Shown here piece by piece: positions 1 to 12,030 of a DNA stretch of 64,000 bases; position 1 is the first letter of the stretch, and each line of letters starts with the position of its first letter. Where the stretch lies: NCBI GenBank assembly GCA_009103225.1, contig RHPI01002503.1, positions 749,585 through 813,584 on the forward strand. Reading direction: 5' to 3'. The notes below the pieces were generated by a model, which was not told the DNA's origin, made no database searches, and saw only the letters and a program-made list of their open reading frames with translations. The translations under genes and the position numbers were made by a program. The DNA comes from Chlorokybus atmophyticus (Eukaryota; Plantae; Mesostigma and Chlorokybus algae).

Positions 1-3000
1 ACGCGTGCATCGGACTGACTGTATCTGTATCTCAACACACCTCTACGGGTGCTATGTCACTCTCATTCTGCGTCTCCCCAATAATCTTAGCTAAAGCCTT
101 GTGTCCCGCCGCCATCGCCGCCGCCGCCGCCGTCCTTCCGTACGCGTCCGTCGCGTCCGTCATCGCCCCCGCGGCGATCAGGGCGACGCAGGCGTTGGAG
201 GCGCCGCTGTACGCCGCAGCATGAAGGGGAGTCCTCTGTAGTGTACCAAGTGTAGTTGTTCAGTGGTCTCAGCAGGTGTTATAGACACTGTGTGGGGGTG
301 GTACAGATGATCGGAGTTCTCTCACCTTGGCGCTGTCGTGCTTGTTGATGTCGGCGCCGGCCTGAGCCAGCATTAGGCATGAGGTGTGCTGGCCGGAAGC
401 GGCGGCGGCGTGGAGGGCTGTCATGCCCGACCCATTCGCCGCATCAACCTGTACACACGTACGACAACGTTGTGACAGAGTGCACACGCAGGTACAAGAA
501 CTCACATACAAACACGCGCACAACAATGCTGTCATGATGCAAGCAATGCCACACCCACACTTACAGGTGATTTGGCCTCAATCAGCATCCTCAGCGCTTG
601 CGTATGTCCCACCGCCGCCGCATAATGCACCGGCATCAGCCCCTGCGCATCCGCTCTCCCCACACTCTCTCCCCCCCTTCCCAACAACAGCAACGCGACC
701 ACGTCCGGGTCCGACACCGACCCGCACGCCATGTGAAGGGCCGTCTGACCCTCCGAATCCGACAAAGAGGAGTCGACACCAAAGTCCAACAACGCCGCAA
801 CGCAACCAGCATGACCTATACGTGGGTATGTTGTGTCATCTGTGTCACTGTGTGTGTCAAGTGTTCCTGAGATAACAGTCTCTTACCTGCGTGGGCGGCG
901 ATGTGGAGGGGTGTTGTGCCGTGTGCCTTGGTGGCCATGGAGGCGACGTCCTTGTTGCTGCTGCGGGCGAGGTGGCGGAGGAGGGACTTTAGGGCGGGGG
1001 TGTGGCCGCCCGAGCAGGTGAGGTGGATGCAAGTCTGACTGCAGACAGGGATGACGATGGTTGGTGTGATAGACCAAAAGGCATAAGAGCATCGTTTGAT
1101 AGAGGTACAAACTGTGCATGGGCATCTGTGTGCACATGTGTACATGTGCATGTGCATGCGTGTGCGGGCTTACATGCATGTGTGCATGTACATGCATGCA
1201 CACAAGCCTGCGCATGCGTTCATGCATGCGTGCTCGTCTCCTACCCGTCCGTATCGGTCGCCGCCACATTCGCCCCTCCAGCGCACAGTGCCGCGCACGA
1301 GCGAGCATAACCCCCGGCCGCCGCGGCGAGCAACGGCGTCTGCCTCTTCTCCTTGTCCGGCCGGTCGAGGAGCTGGGGCGCGACCGCCAACACCACGGAA
1401 ACGCACGCGGGACGGTCGCTCTGAACCGCAGCGTGGAGAAGGGTCCTGCCGGAGGCGTCCGATGCATCCAACTGAGAGGGGGAGAGAGTCACAGGTGAGA
1501 GAGTGTCACATCACTCACAACAACAGCAACATCATCGACAGCAACCAACCAACCCACATCAGCCCCGAGTTCCCCCATCCTCTTCACCACTCCCTCCCAC
1601 CCCCCGCTCGCCGCCACGTGCACGGCCGTCCTCCCCATCTCATCCCTCGCCTCCATCAGTCCCTCCTTCTCCCCGCCCGCGCCGACCGCGATCACGAGGG
1701 CGTCGATCGCGCCGACCTGGCCCCCCGCCGCCGCAAAGTGGAGGGGGGAGAGGCCCGAGGAGTCGCGGAGGGAGGGGGAGGAGCCGCGGGAGAGGAGGTA
1801 GGAGAGGAGGGGGAGGGAGCCCTGCAAAGAGAAGGGGTGGGTGGGTGGGTGGGTGTCTGTGCGTGTGTGCGTGTGTGTTGTGTGTTGTGTGCCAGCACGC
1901 AAGATTGTGCATGCTCGTGTGCACGCGCATGTGTATGTTTGCACGTGTAGGGACGGGCGCGTGAGTATGTGCACGCATGCGCGTGTCGGTATGCTTGCAT
2001 GCATGTGTGCGCATGCCAGCGTGCACATGCACATTCACGTGACCGTAACCAACACCCGCGCTCTTGTGGCTGTTCTTACTTGGTAGCAGGCCGTATGTAA
2101 GGCAGTGCGTCCTCCTTCCGCCGGCGCGTCCGCGTCCACGCCCGCCTCCTCCACAATCATCCGCGCACACTCCAACTGGGACCAAATTCATCAGCTCACT
2201 CCTCAATCCCAACATGCATTACTGACACAAGTGGTATCATTCTCTGACCTGCGATTGCGCGCATGCAAGCTGCAGAGCGTCCGCGTCGAGCGCAGCACCC
2301 GCGCTGATAAGGAGGCGCAAGATGCCCTGTATGTGGGGTTGTTGTGTCAACAGTTTGTCAATACAAGTCTTGCTTGGTATCACAATACCTGTTGTGTGAG
2401 CATATGCACCAACATAACCACATGTAATTACCGTCTGGCCTCCGGCGATGGCGCCGGCGATGCCGGTCTGGGCGCTCACGCCGTTTTGCAGGAGAGTCTC
2501 CAAGCAAGGCTCCTGTGTGGTCGTGTGTATGTTTACGTATTGTGTGTGTATGTTGTGTCAAAGTTCACATCGCACGCTGCGTCTGCTTACGTGTCCACCC
2601 ATGCACGCGTAGTGCAACGGCGTGAAGCCCTCTGCGTCCTGATGCGCTGGCAACGCCCCGCACTGTCATTGTCACATTCCCATGTTGTTGTTGTTGTCAT
2701 TTTCCATCAGTTTGTTGTTAACTTTGTATATGTGATGATCGCCTACCTGTAGGAGTGTTTGCAAGGCTTCAGCGGCACCGTTGTAGGCTGCAGCGAAGAG
2801 TGCGGTGCGTCCGTACTCGTCGGGAGCATCCATGTCCACCTGTTGGATGTGGTTGTTTTCCTTTTTCTTGTTGTTGTTGTTGGTGATGGTGGTGTTGGTG
2901 TTGTTGGCTTTTAGACGTGCTAACATGATGTTATGCCTGTACCATGTTGCTGACGTCCAGAATGGAGGTGACGTCATTGGCAGCTGCCAGCTCGTGAAGG

Positions 3001-3333
3001 GTCTGCGCGTGTGGCCAGAATACATTAACACGTGTAACAGACGCATTATGAAAAATGTGTGCGTACAATCTGTGTTTCTGAATGCAACTGTGTATATATG
3101 TGCAGCGCGTGCACGCGTCTGCGTCTGTGTTCGTCTGTAAGTTTGATACATTGTTTGTTTGTGTGCGTATCGAAGTCTAGTTGTTGGGGTAGCTATTCTG
3201 TGTTTTAATCGTGTATAGATATGTAACATGAACCGGACAACACTACCCCATACGTGCCACAAACACAGCTTAGATCACTGACCTGCGCAAGCGCCATGGC
3301 CACATCTCCTCCACCGCTATCATCCGGCATCAT
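1..3333 (-). CDS. Multi-exon ankyrin-repeat protein (3' end runs off the window)
   Basis: Many exons carry ankyrin motifs: TLHELAAAND, DEYGRTALFAAAYNG, DAEGFTPLHYACMGGH, DSSGLSPLHFAAAGG, DEMGRTAVHVAASGG, DASGRTLLHAAVQS, HGTTPLHIAAHAG, DSEGQTALHMACG, NGSGMTALHAAAASG, RTPLHAAAYSG. Probable first exon MMPDDSGGGDVAMALAQ|gtcagt starts at 3333. The last visible exon ends at a GT donor at 40. Confidence 0.88.
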
Positions 3334-3629
3334 GCCCTGCCTATCTCCTCACCACCCTCGCCAGGTCGGACGCGGCGGCGGCGGCGGCGATGGCGGCGGT
3401 GGTGGCCCTGCTTTGCTGCCACGTGGCAGATATGCAGGGTCACGGCATGAGCCTTCGTTCGTTTTCTGGCAACAGCATGACCGGTGGTCGAGGTCGAGCT
3501 CTGACCGGTGAACGCAGGGGGGAAGGGGTCGAGTTCAGCGCCATGGAGCCGGCGACGGACGGCCGCGCAAGAATAGCCCCGTTCTTCCCTTCGTGGGTCA
3601 CGTGACGTCGTGGTCGAGTCAATCATTGA

Positions 3630-4420
3630 GACCTAACGTTACCAGCTATGCATGCTTGATAGGCCTACTCCAAGTGCCTTAGTAATGAAAAACAAGATTT
3701 GTTAACGGGATGTGCTGTTAGCATGAGGTTGTTGTTACGAAAGTCGCTTGCCTAAAATTGAGTTCAGTGCCGTTAATGGGCAACTCTTAAAAACACAGAT
3801 TGCATTTTACCGTAGCAAATTCAGTTTGTTGTCGTGAAATGCTTAGTGTGCGTAACAACTCAACGATTGATAAAATAACCTCCAGTCAAGATCAACGTTT
3901 GCTTTTATTACACGCAATATATCGTAATAAAACCTATAAAAGTCCATGTTTGCATTATGTCATATGATATTGAATGCATTCTCAAAACATTTAAGAATCC
4001 ATTGTAATACAAATATATTTAATGTCAATTATCGTATCTCATCAAATACAAACCCTCCTCAATATATTGCTTCAAACTTGATATCAAATAGTGTAAGAAA
4101 TGAGGGCTTCTTTTTGGGCAGATTCGGTATGTATAAAGTTCACTGTATTAAGTTTTATATAATCGATATAAAAAGAGTTATCTATGCGGATTTTATTTCT
4201 GTTGTAATAAAAGTAAGCATATGCAATATGATATCATATGGCATGCAATATAATGTATACTTGGCACTATGGGGTGCACTTGTTATTGCAATGCAGTGTC
4301 AACTAGTGTTATCATAAATTAATTGCGTTTAGTTTCCAAATAGGTGTTACGTCGTTCACCTAGAAAGAGAACATAAAAAATAAAATAAAACATTAAATTT
4401 TACACTATGCGGAATGTATA
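3630..4420. other. AT-rich island with stop-riddled ORF remnant on the minus strand
   Basis: Visibly much more AT-rich than both flanks. One minus frame gives YTLYCMPYDIILHMLTFI (F-box-like) followed by protein-like text broken by many stops. Confidence 0.4.
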
Positions 4421-5395
4421 AACGGCTGACGGTATCGAAGACAGGCAGACACAAACACTCGCAAGCAGTTGCAACGAAGGACATGTTGCAAGGCCAACCT
4501 GCTCTGGCAAGGCTGCAAGGTTACAGAAGAGAGTGAACCAGCTGAGTAACTTGAGGTATAACAATCTTATTGCATACTGATGTGCATGCGTGCGTGCGTG
4601 CGTCCTTGAAACTGCAAGTGACGTATGCAACAAGTACGACACATGCGTGTGCACATATACACGCATGTGTCGTCTAGGGCATCTGATGTTAGCCTCGTGC
4701 ATACTCCTACATGTATACACAACCCCTGCGGCAGGTGAATACCCTGGAACATGATGGTGCGAACTAACGGTGTAGGGGTCAGTGCGATGCGTAGTGTTAT
4801 GAGCAGCCGGGTGGTATGAAATATTGGCCTGCTATTGCATGTGCGTGACATCTCTCATGCTACCAATGTAGCATACTATCTCTCATACACACAACTGGGT
4901 GCACAACACGAGAACTTGTATTTCCTTGTCAAGGAGCCGCACGGTGAATGAGATGCAGCAGCTAAGACAGAGACTCAAGGACGCCGCCGCAGCTGCAGTG
5001 CATATTTCTCTCTATTGAACGGCAACCAACACAGCAAGAGTTCACGACCACAGTTGCCCATGCCTACAGCCACATGCACACATGCATAGGGTATGAGTCA
5101 TGCATGCACGCTACACTACACTGCAGACGAGGCAAAATGCAAAACTCCAGGCCGTTGAACTAGCTTAATGACAAGTGAGAGATAAAGACCATGTACTGTC
5201 CACGTGTTACCTTTGCGTGTGAGTAAGAAACTCACAAGCGTGTGCTATCAGGACGACATCAATGAAGTCATGAGGCTGCAAAGGGAGCTGGCACGAGTGT
5301 AAGAAGAGCACATCATGTGAGGTGCATTGCGTAGGCGAGTTCTGTTTGTTGTTGGCAACCATGTCACATCAGCAAGGATGAAGACCAAAACAAAC

Positions 5396-5917
5396 TCAGA
5401 AGTGCAATACGCTTATGCTCACTATTGTGGTAGAGGGCATGTTGAAGTTTGAGCTGATCCGGCTCCAGTTGCGGCTCAGCCGGATTGAGGCCGCAGGCGT
5501 GTCCGGCACATTGAAGTCCACATATCCATCATTGATTGCATCATCAACTGACCAACAACAGCAACACCAGCAGCAGTGGCAGGTGCAGTTGATGACCGCC
5601 AGGGCGGCCAATTCCAACATCTGCAGCGGTGGGTCCGTCTCCTTAATGTACCTTTAAGCAGCGGCGACGCAGCCTCCATTGGCTCCTAAAATGACACGAG
5701 CGGCCAAGCCCATGTTCAGCATGGGGCGCCTGCCGGCCTCACCCAGCCTTGCAAACTCCCGGCTTGGGTTGATATGTGCTGTAGTATATGCAGGGTACAC
5801 CATCTCATTGCCGTTTATGATAGCATCCGAAATGATACCTATGTGTTTCTCCACAACCGAACTGGTAACCAGCCGACTGTTGTCATGTGACTGAAGGTCT
5901 GGTCTAGATGCATGCAC
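5396..5917 (-). pseudogene. Intronless ORF of about 170 codons interrupted by a single in-frame TAA; product unknown
   Basis: ORFs 5654-5917 and 5396-5620 are in the same frame, joined through GCVAAA*RYIKETDPPLQMLELAALAV. The plus strand shows a typical antisense-shadow ORF. No family recognised. Confidence 0.3.
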
Positions 5918-6113
5918 TGTCTTTGCCTATGCACTGGCAAGACAGAACCCTGCACAGCACAGTTTTGCAGTGACCAATACTGCTGTTGCATACGAAAGCC
6001 AAGATGGGTGTCAGTTCAGACTTCCCAAGGACATCGACTATGAAAGCCAATGAACGTGCAACCACGTACGCCAAAATTGTGTGCAAGAAGCTAGCGTCTA
6101 CGCGACAGCTGGT

Positions 6114-8425
6114 CTAGAATGGGTTCGCGGGCATCTTGGCCAACGCTTCCAGTTGGCCAGGTGGTATGAACACAACTTCACTCCACGACACGTTGCCACC
6201 AGACTGCTGCATGCAACCATGTGTTGGACTTGTTTCAAGCATTATGAATATGTTCAACTTAACACATGAGCACTCAGAACTCACCTCGACCATCTTCAAC
6301 ACATTTTCAAACACTCCAACCTGTGCGTGACCGCACTCGGTGTCAGCCCATGCGCCGCATCCAAGCAAGCAGAACCAGAGTTGAAGATGATGCAAAATGT
6401 ACCTCAATGTCATAAGCCGGTGCTGTGAAACCTTTCCTGCGCGGAGTTTTCCCATGTGCCGCCTCCAACGACTTCTCAAGATCCTCCTGCACATATTTGT
6501 GCATCAAGGTCAAGCTTCCAAGGTGGAAGCCATGAATTCTAGTGCTATAGCTGTTGATATAAGGCATCATACGTGCGCTCATTCCAACAAACACTCTATA
6601 TGCTGAGCTTTCTGGTCACTGTGCGTACCTTTGCAAAAAACACTGGCAGGTACCGCTGGTTGCCAACACGAATGCTGAGAGTTTTTGACTGCACATCCCA
6701 GAAACAAGTTGTCAAATACATGTCTAACAGATGCTTACTGTATGTTGATCACTGTGCCACACAACTGTGATACCTGGAAAACAGGTACGCCGTCAAAAAA
6801 TCTTGACTCTCTGCCCTTCTTCTTGTTTTCCTGCTTGCCAAAGTCAGTGCCAATGCCAGGACAGCAGTCTCAAGTTGCATTTCCCCAAGACCCACCTCCA
6901 GAGCATTCTTGACTTGCCGGGCTTCCGGCAAGAACCGGAAGGCAACACCAGGCACCTTGGGCAGTTGATAGACCTGCCACAAACATCACAACTCACTGTT
7001 GCAGGTCGCAAAAATAACCATTGCTAAGCAAACTCATGCAGCTGTGCTTCCACCAAAAAGTACCTTGTCTAGGGAAACGGGCTCGACTCGTGCAGTGCGT
7101 CCCACTGAGGGGTCCTTAGCCTTCACCTGCACAGTGTATGCCAGCATGTGAGCCGTGCCGGGATCTCACCCAGTTTGTTGTATAGCTTTGGTTGCTGCCC
7201 TTCTGAATGCTCACCTCTTGAAGCAGCGCCTCCGCATCTGCCCTTGAGAAACAGAAGAAACCCAGCTGTGAAACGCAAGCACAAGTAAGTTTGATACAAC
7301 AACTGCTGTGCACCTGCAGCCATTGCGACATGCACAACAATGTGAAGTATGAAAGCATGGGAAGTGAGTTCATCGCACGAAACCGCCACTGACATGCGCT
7401 TGCAAGCCGTAAGTGCTCGTCTAATGAATGACGTTCATGCTTCCACTCTAACGATGACCGCATTTGTATCAACACCAACTGCATTACTGATGTTGTTGTT
7501 ACTTGCAGCTACTACAGAGTGCGGCCATCTGACTGGAACAACACTGTAATTCTACTATACTCAACTATATTCAATTACAATGCAGGCTGTGTTGGTACAA
7601 GATATGTGTTCATCCACAAATAGTACCTTGACGGTGTTGTCCATGGACGCCACCAGCAGAAACTCATTGGCTCCCGTCACCACCGCATAGACCGGAACGC
7701 CCTCCAGTCGCGGACCAGCAATACCGGCAGGGGTTGCGCCAATCCGAGCGAAAGGAAGCCGCATTTTTCCGGCTGAAAGCGAGGCCAAAGAGGGGGTGAC
7801 TGATGTCACTGAATTCTTGAAGAAGGATGCTGAACAGACAAATGGAGTGTGACAAGTCTGTTAGCTGTATGTACCATCTTGAAGCACAAAACAAAGCACT
7901 GTTCTGGTAGAGATATGTGAGAAACAATGGCAAGATTTTCCATGACGACTTGGTATGCGCACAACAGTGAAGTTGCTGTTTCGTCTCAGCATGCAGCTAT
8001 GCGGCCTTGCGGTAGCTGCATGCTGAGCTGAAAGCGGCACCCCAACTTCAATGCAGAAAGTGCGCAGCATGTGTGCATGCGTGCTTGACTCATTGACTAC
8101 CTCATGCACAGAACGTGATGCATGGCAGCACAATGTACAACGAACCTGCTTTTGGTATGTGCTGCAGTGGGTTGCGTTGCTGCTGAACATCCCTTCCCGC
8201 AAAGAGCGAAGCTACTGACGCACGGACGGCAGCTTCTACGGACGCCCGCCGCTTATCTAGTTTCAGTGAGGCGCAAGCAAAGGGTGCTGCTGACAACGAT
8301 GACGGTGACGAAGCAGGCAGCAACGACAACAGCGACAAGCAGTTGGACACAGCAGCAGGCCCCTCCAGCAGCTGCTTGCGCCGCTGCTGCGACCCAAACA
8401 AGCTGAACGGAGCCGGTGGTTCCAT
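6114..8425 (-). CDS. TIC22: Plastid protein import component Tic22-like
   Basis: Spliced exons: RLEGVPVYAVVTGANEFLLV, LGFFCFSRADAEALLQEV, VKAKDPSVGRTARVEPVSLDK, VYQLPKVPGVAFRFLPEARQVKNALE, FFDGVPVFQ, SKTLSIRVGNQRYLPVFFAKEDL, VGVFENVLKMVE, WSEVVFIPPG ... stop at 6114. S/A-rich N-terminal extension. Confidence 0.9.
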
Positions 8426-8764
8426 GCCTAAAAACCTATTTCAAAGATGTCCCTGCTCCGTCACATGGAAGCCTTCTATACCACCGAGCGCACCTCCGCC
8501 GCCTCCTCCCCCGCCGCCGCCGACACCTGCCTGCGGCACTGCTTCCCTCTGCAGGAGCATATCACGACTATGCATCGACGGACGGTACATATCACCTCAG
8601 CAGCAAGCGAGACAAAATGGGGTCTTGTATTGTGCACATGTGACTTCAGAATGCTTATACCCAGGGCCGCCTGTGTGAGAGCTTTCCTTCACAGCTGCGT
8701 GCGCATGCCTCGGTTGTCACCAGTGTCATCGTCATCTTCGTCCACGGCGGCGGCAGGGGGAGCC

Positions 8765-10105
8765 ATGGCGTGGTTGAGGCGGGTATCGTCATGTCCGGAG
8801 GATGTGCCTGTGGAGCGTCTAGAGAGCAGCTCCGGCAGTAACGCCGGCGGCGCTATCATGTCCCCTCAGCCCGGGTGCACTGTGTCCAGGGTGGAGTCGT
8901 ACAACTGCAGGATCGTCCCTGCTGATGAGAGCGGCAGCAGTGGGGCTGCACAGCGGCGGTGCGAACACCTCCGGCAGCTGATACAGAAGTGCCCTGGCCG
9001 GTAAGCGTTGATTGAAAAGGGTTTTCACTCTTCAAAGCGCATGCACAGTCTCCTGCCATGGGCACGATTGGACACGTTGTATGTATTTGTTGTTTTCGCA
9101 GAAGTCCTAGGTGAGTAGGCAAGTGTATGGATTGCTGTCCTTTTACTATGTACTTTTGCAATAGCAGTATATGGCTGTGTAGTGTGTTGCCGTGGAGAAG
9201 ATTTTATTGGAGCACTTTTGCATGGTGCACAGCCATGCATGCACTTGGATATCCACTACGTCAGGCTGCATGCAAGTGCATGTAGGTCAAGTGGCAGTTT
9301 CGGTACTTGGCATGTAGCATGATGGTGGCCATCGTCACTGTCAACGAAGCTCTGTCATAGCTTTGCGTGCGCCAGACGTAACATGTCCATGTGCCTCGTA
9401 GTTGCAAGGCATAGATGCTCTTTGTATGCTTGCAGTGGAGTGCACTTGTATACAAACGTCCGTCGGAGTCAGGGTAACTGTTTTACTCTGGATTTGACTC
9501 AAGTTCTGGAAACAAATATTGAGTGTCGTCAAGTCAGCAGCGCATGCTGCAGATACGATCATCGCAGCTGATGAACTTCACCTTGCCTGTGCCCATGCAG
9601 GCCACCTGAGGTGATTGAAGAGTCCAGAGAGACGACAACAGCAGATCTGCCCAGCGGCTCTTCATCACCCTTCAGCATAGAAAGGTTTGTTGTTCACACT
9701 CCCACCTCGCAACATACCCAACTCACAACACAGCCACATCAACAGACACTCATGCATGTGTGTCCGTGCAGTCCCGGCCAAGGCGGCGACTTCTTTGGTC
9801 ACTTTCAGTTTGGTGATTCGGGTCTTTCAGGCGGGTTCGGTATCTCTGGTAAAGACCGCTCCGGCTCTGACCAAGTTTTGAACAAGTTCGAGCGCGACGT
9901 TGGCTCTCTCGTGCACGACTTTGGCAGCCTTCACAGGGTCTTTTCTAAGGTACTGAAGGGTCTGGACAAGGAGTTTCCAGACCTGTTCGCGGAAGGAGGT
10001 CGCAACAACACGCCCGCGGGAGTGGAGAGCAGTAGTGGAGGTGACAAGCCGCGCGCGACTGATGCGAAGTATAAGGAGTTTGCTGGCAAGTTTGAGAACA
10101 TCTAA
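8765..10105 (+). CDS. Mal d 1-/Fra a 1-associated protein-like
   Basis: Spliced product MAWLRRV...GCTVSRVESYNCRIV...QRRCEHLRQLIQKCPGR|PPEVIEESRETTTAD reproduces the 4-Cys spacing I recall for plant MdAP (CSTRKVVKSQC..RKCEKTEQ..DCIGKPSEVVQSNKEYTEED). Three exons with GT-AG junctions. Confidence 0.7.
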
Positions 10106-10830
10106 GAACATCTGAGGCGCGGCCAGCTGTTGGTGACTGAAGGCAGGTCAGTGCTTGCCAGACTGTGTACAGTATACAGTTGCAGTGAGCAGGCAAAGTG
10201 CTGTGCACACGGATTATACCGCAAAGTACTATGCAGCAGTGTGCAGACATGCGTACAGAAGGGTTAAGGACTAATGCAGTATGCTAGTCGAGGTGTTGCA
10301 GTAATGCTCCGGTGTTGCGATGCGCTCTGCTGAGGTGCGTATGTCGAGCCAAGTGCACTTGTTTATGCCCCCACTTTCCGCCGCCGGTGCTGGAGACTTG
10401 TGCGCGTGCAGTTGCCTACCATTTGGTACTCCAACCATTAAGCTTTATGTGCAAAACGTTACCAGCACTGATGCTCACAGCATGCTATTGAGTCACACTG
10501 CTGTCACACTCTCGTGCACTGAGAGGTATATCTCCACAGTGATGCGTGTCACACTCTCATGCATGCCACAAGCCTTGCATCCTATTTATTATACAGTAGT
10601 CAGTGCTGACAGCAGGACGCAGTGGCTGTTTGACACCATGCAGCAAGCCACAACGCAATGTTGCTTGAATTGCAGAATTCTAGTATGCGTCCTTGGTGCC
10701 TGGATGGATTGCCACTTCACCTTTGCATCTACCAAAGCGTACCTTGCAGCAATATTGAAGGATTGCAAGCAAGCACTGATGCGTGCACACGATCGGCGTA
10801 TTACTTTTGTACAAGACATGTAGTTGCTAG

Positions 10831-12030
10831 TTACATGGCAAACAAGGTTGAGTTTGTCATCACTCTGGCGCATTCAACCCCAACGCGTGCTGTTGTTTCA
10901 CTGTCGCTGTCGGTGGCGGTCTCCTGTTTGGTGCGCTCAAGAAGAGCGTTCTTGTTGCTCATGCATTGTAGGAGGATATCAATCAGGGTGTCTTGTCGGC
11001 ACTTCCGCAGCTCTTCCCTCCTCAGCGCTAGCTCCCATGTTTCAATCTCTGTGCGCGAGAGGTGTTTTATCGCTGTTGACCGCACCCATGGCAGATTGTA
11101 CTCTGCCAGCACCGCCGCCCTCCCTGCCACGTCTGTAGACATGTCCATCTCCTGCAGAAGATAGTCCGTGCACCCATCGTACAGCACTTGCACATCATAC
11201 TTTCTAGCAAACTCCAACAGGGGGGGGCTTGCGCCTCATCCTGTGTGGAAAACAGTCTGGATTGCCTGCTTGCATGCACCAAAAGTAATGCTGCATGACG
11301 CACATACATGCATCCCCACAGTGCTGCATGTGCGTAGACATCACTGCTTTTGTCCCCTGTGGCTTGACTGAAAGGCATGTCACCATACACATTGCAGATC
11401 GCCATCGCCAAGGCCTGGACTGTTGCTCACCATGCTTGTAATGTGGATTCTGCCGTTGGGTGCAAAGTGCTCAAGGACTTGCTGGACCACAACCGGGTTG
11501 TCAACGTCATCTACAGTCAACTCGCCTTCTTGCGTCGACAACAGCAAGGCTCTGAACACGCGGCTTGTAGCCCGTGATACGGCAACAGTGCGCGATGACT
11601 ACAGTGCGGTGCAACATTGTTGTGGGTGGGGGAGTGGGGGTTCATTTTGACTGTAAGGAACGTGCTGTGTGCATGTCTGCGAGCAACTTTGCCTTGCCAA
11701 CTCAGTTGAATCTGTCTGTCACTACACATCGTGAGCAGGGCGACAGCATTGGTGTGTGCACGAAAGCAGCTTGGTTGCCCTGCTTGGTGTTTTGCGGGGG
11801 CGAACATGCATGCACAAGCACACTTGGTGCACACACTCAGTGACGCCGTGAGATGAAGGCTGCAATGAAAGAAACAACAACCATTGCAAGGTACCTTGCA
11901 CAAGAAGGGTAAAGTCGGAATTCTCACGGCAGCCCACGTGAAACTCCTCGTCGTCCTCTTTTCTTTCTGTCTCCTCCTTGCCCTCCTTGCCCTCCTTTGC
12001 TTTGTCCTCCACCTTGGCCTCCGTCCTCAT
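10831..12030 (-). pseudogene. BTB/POZ-domain gene, apparently disrupted
   Basis: Segments SDFTLLVQG, SRVFRALL..EGELTVDDVDNPVVVQQVLEHF and LLEFARKYDVQVLYDGCTDYLLQEM are BTB-like. I could not join them in frame: there is an in-frame TGA at 11236-11238 next to a C8 run and a phase mismatch near 11590. The 5' end is uncertain. Confidence 0.5.

Noticed and set aside
384-2086. Long Pro/Arg-rich plus-strand ORFs (e.g. 1096-1950, 284 aa)
   Set aside because: Antisense or off-frame shadows of the GC-rich ankyrin exons plus CA/TG intron repeats.
3946-4317. Alternative genetic code (TGA=Trp or TAR=Gln) or organellar insert reading of the AT island
   Set aside because: Recoding left residual stops and gave no recognisable organellar protein.
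4430-5300. Plus-strand coiled-coil-like exon fragments (RLQKRVNQLSNL, NEMQQLRQRLKD, DDINEVMRLQRELARV*)
   Set aside because: They could not be joined in a consistent phase and no start was found; too weak to call a gene.
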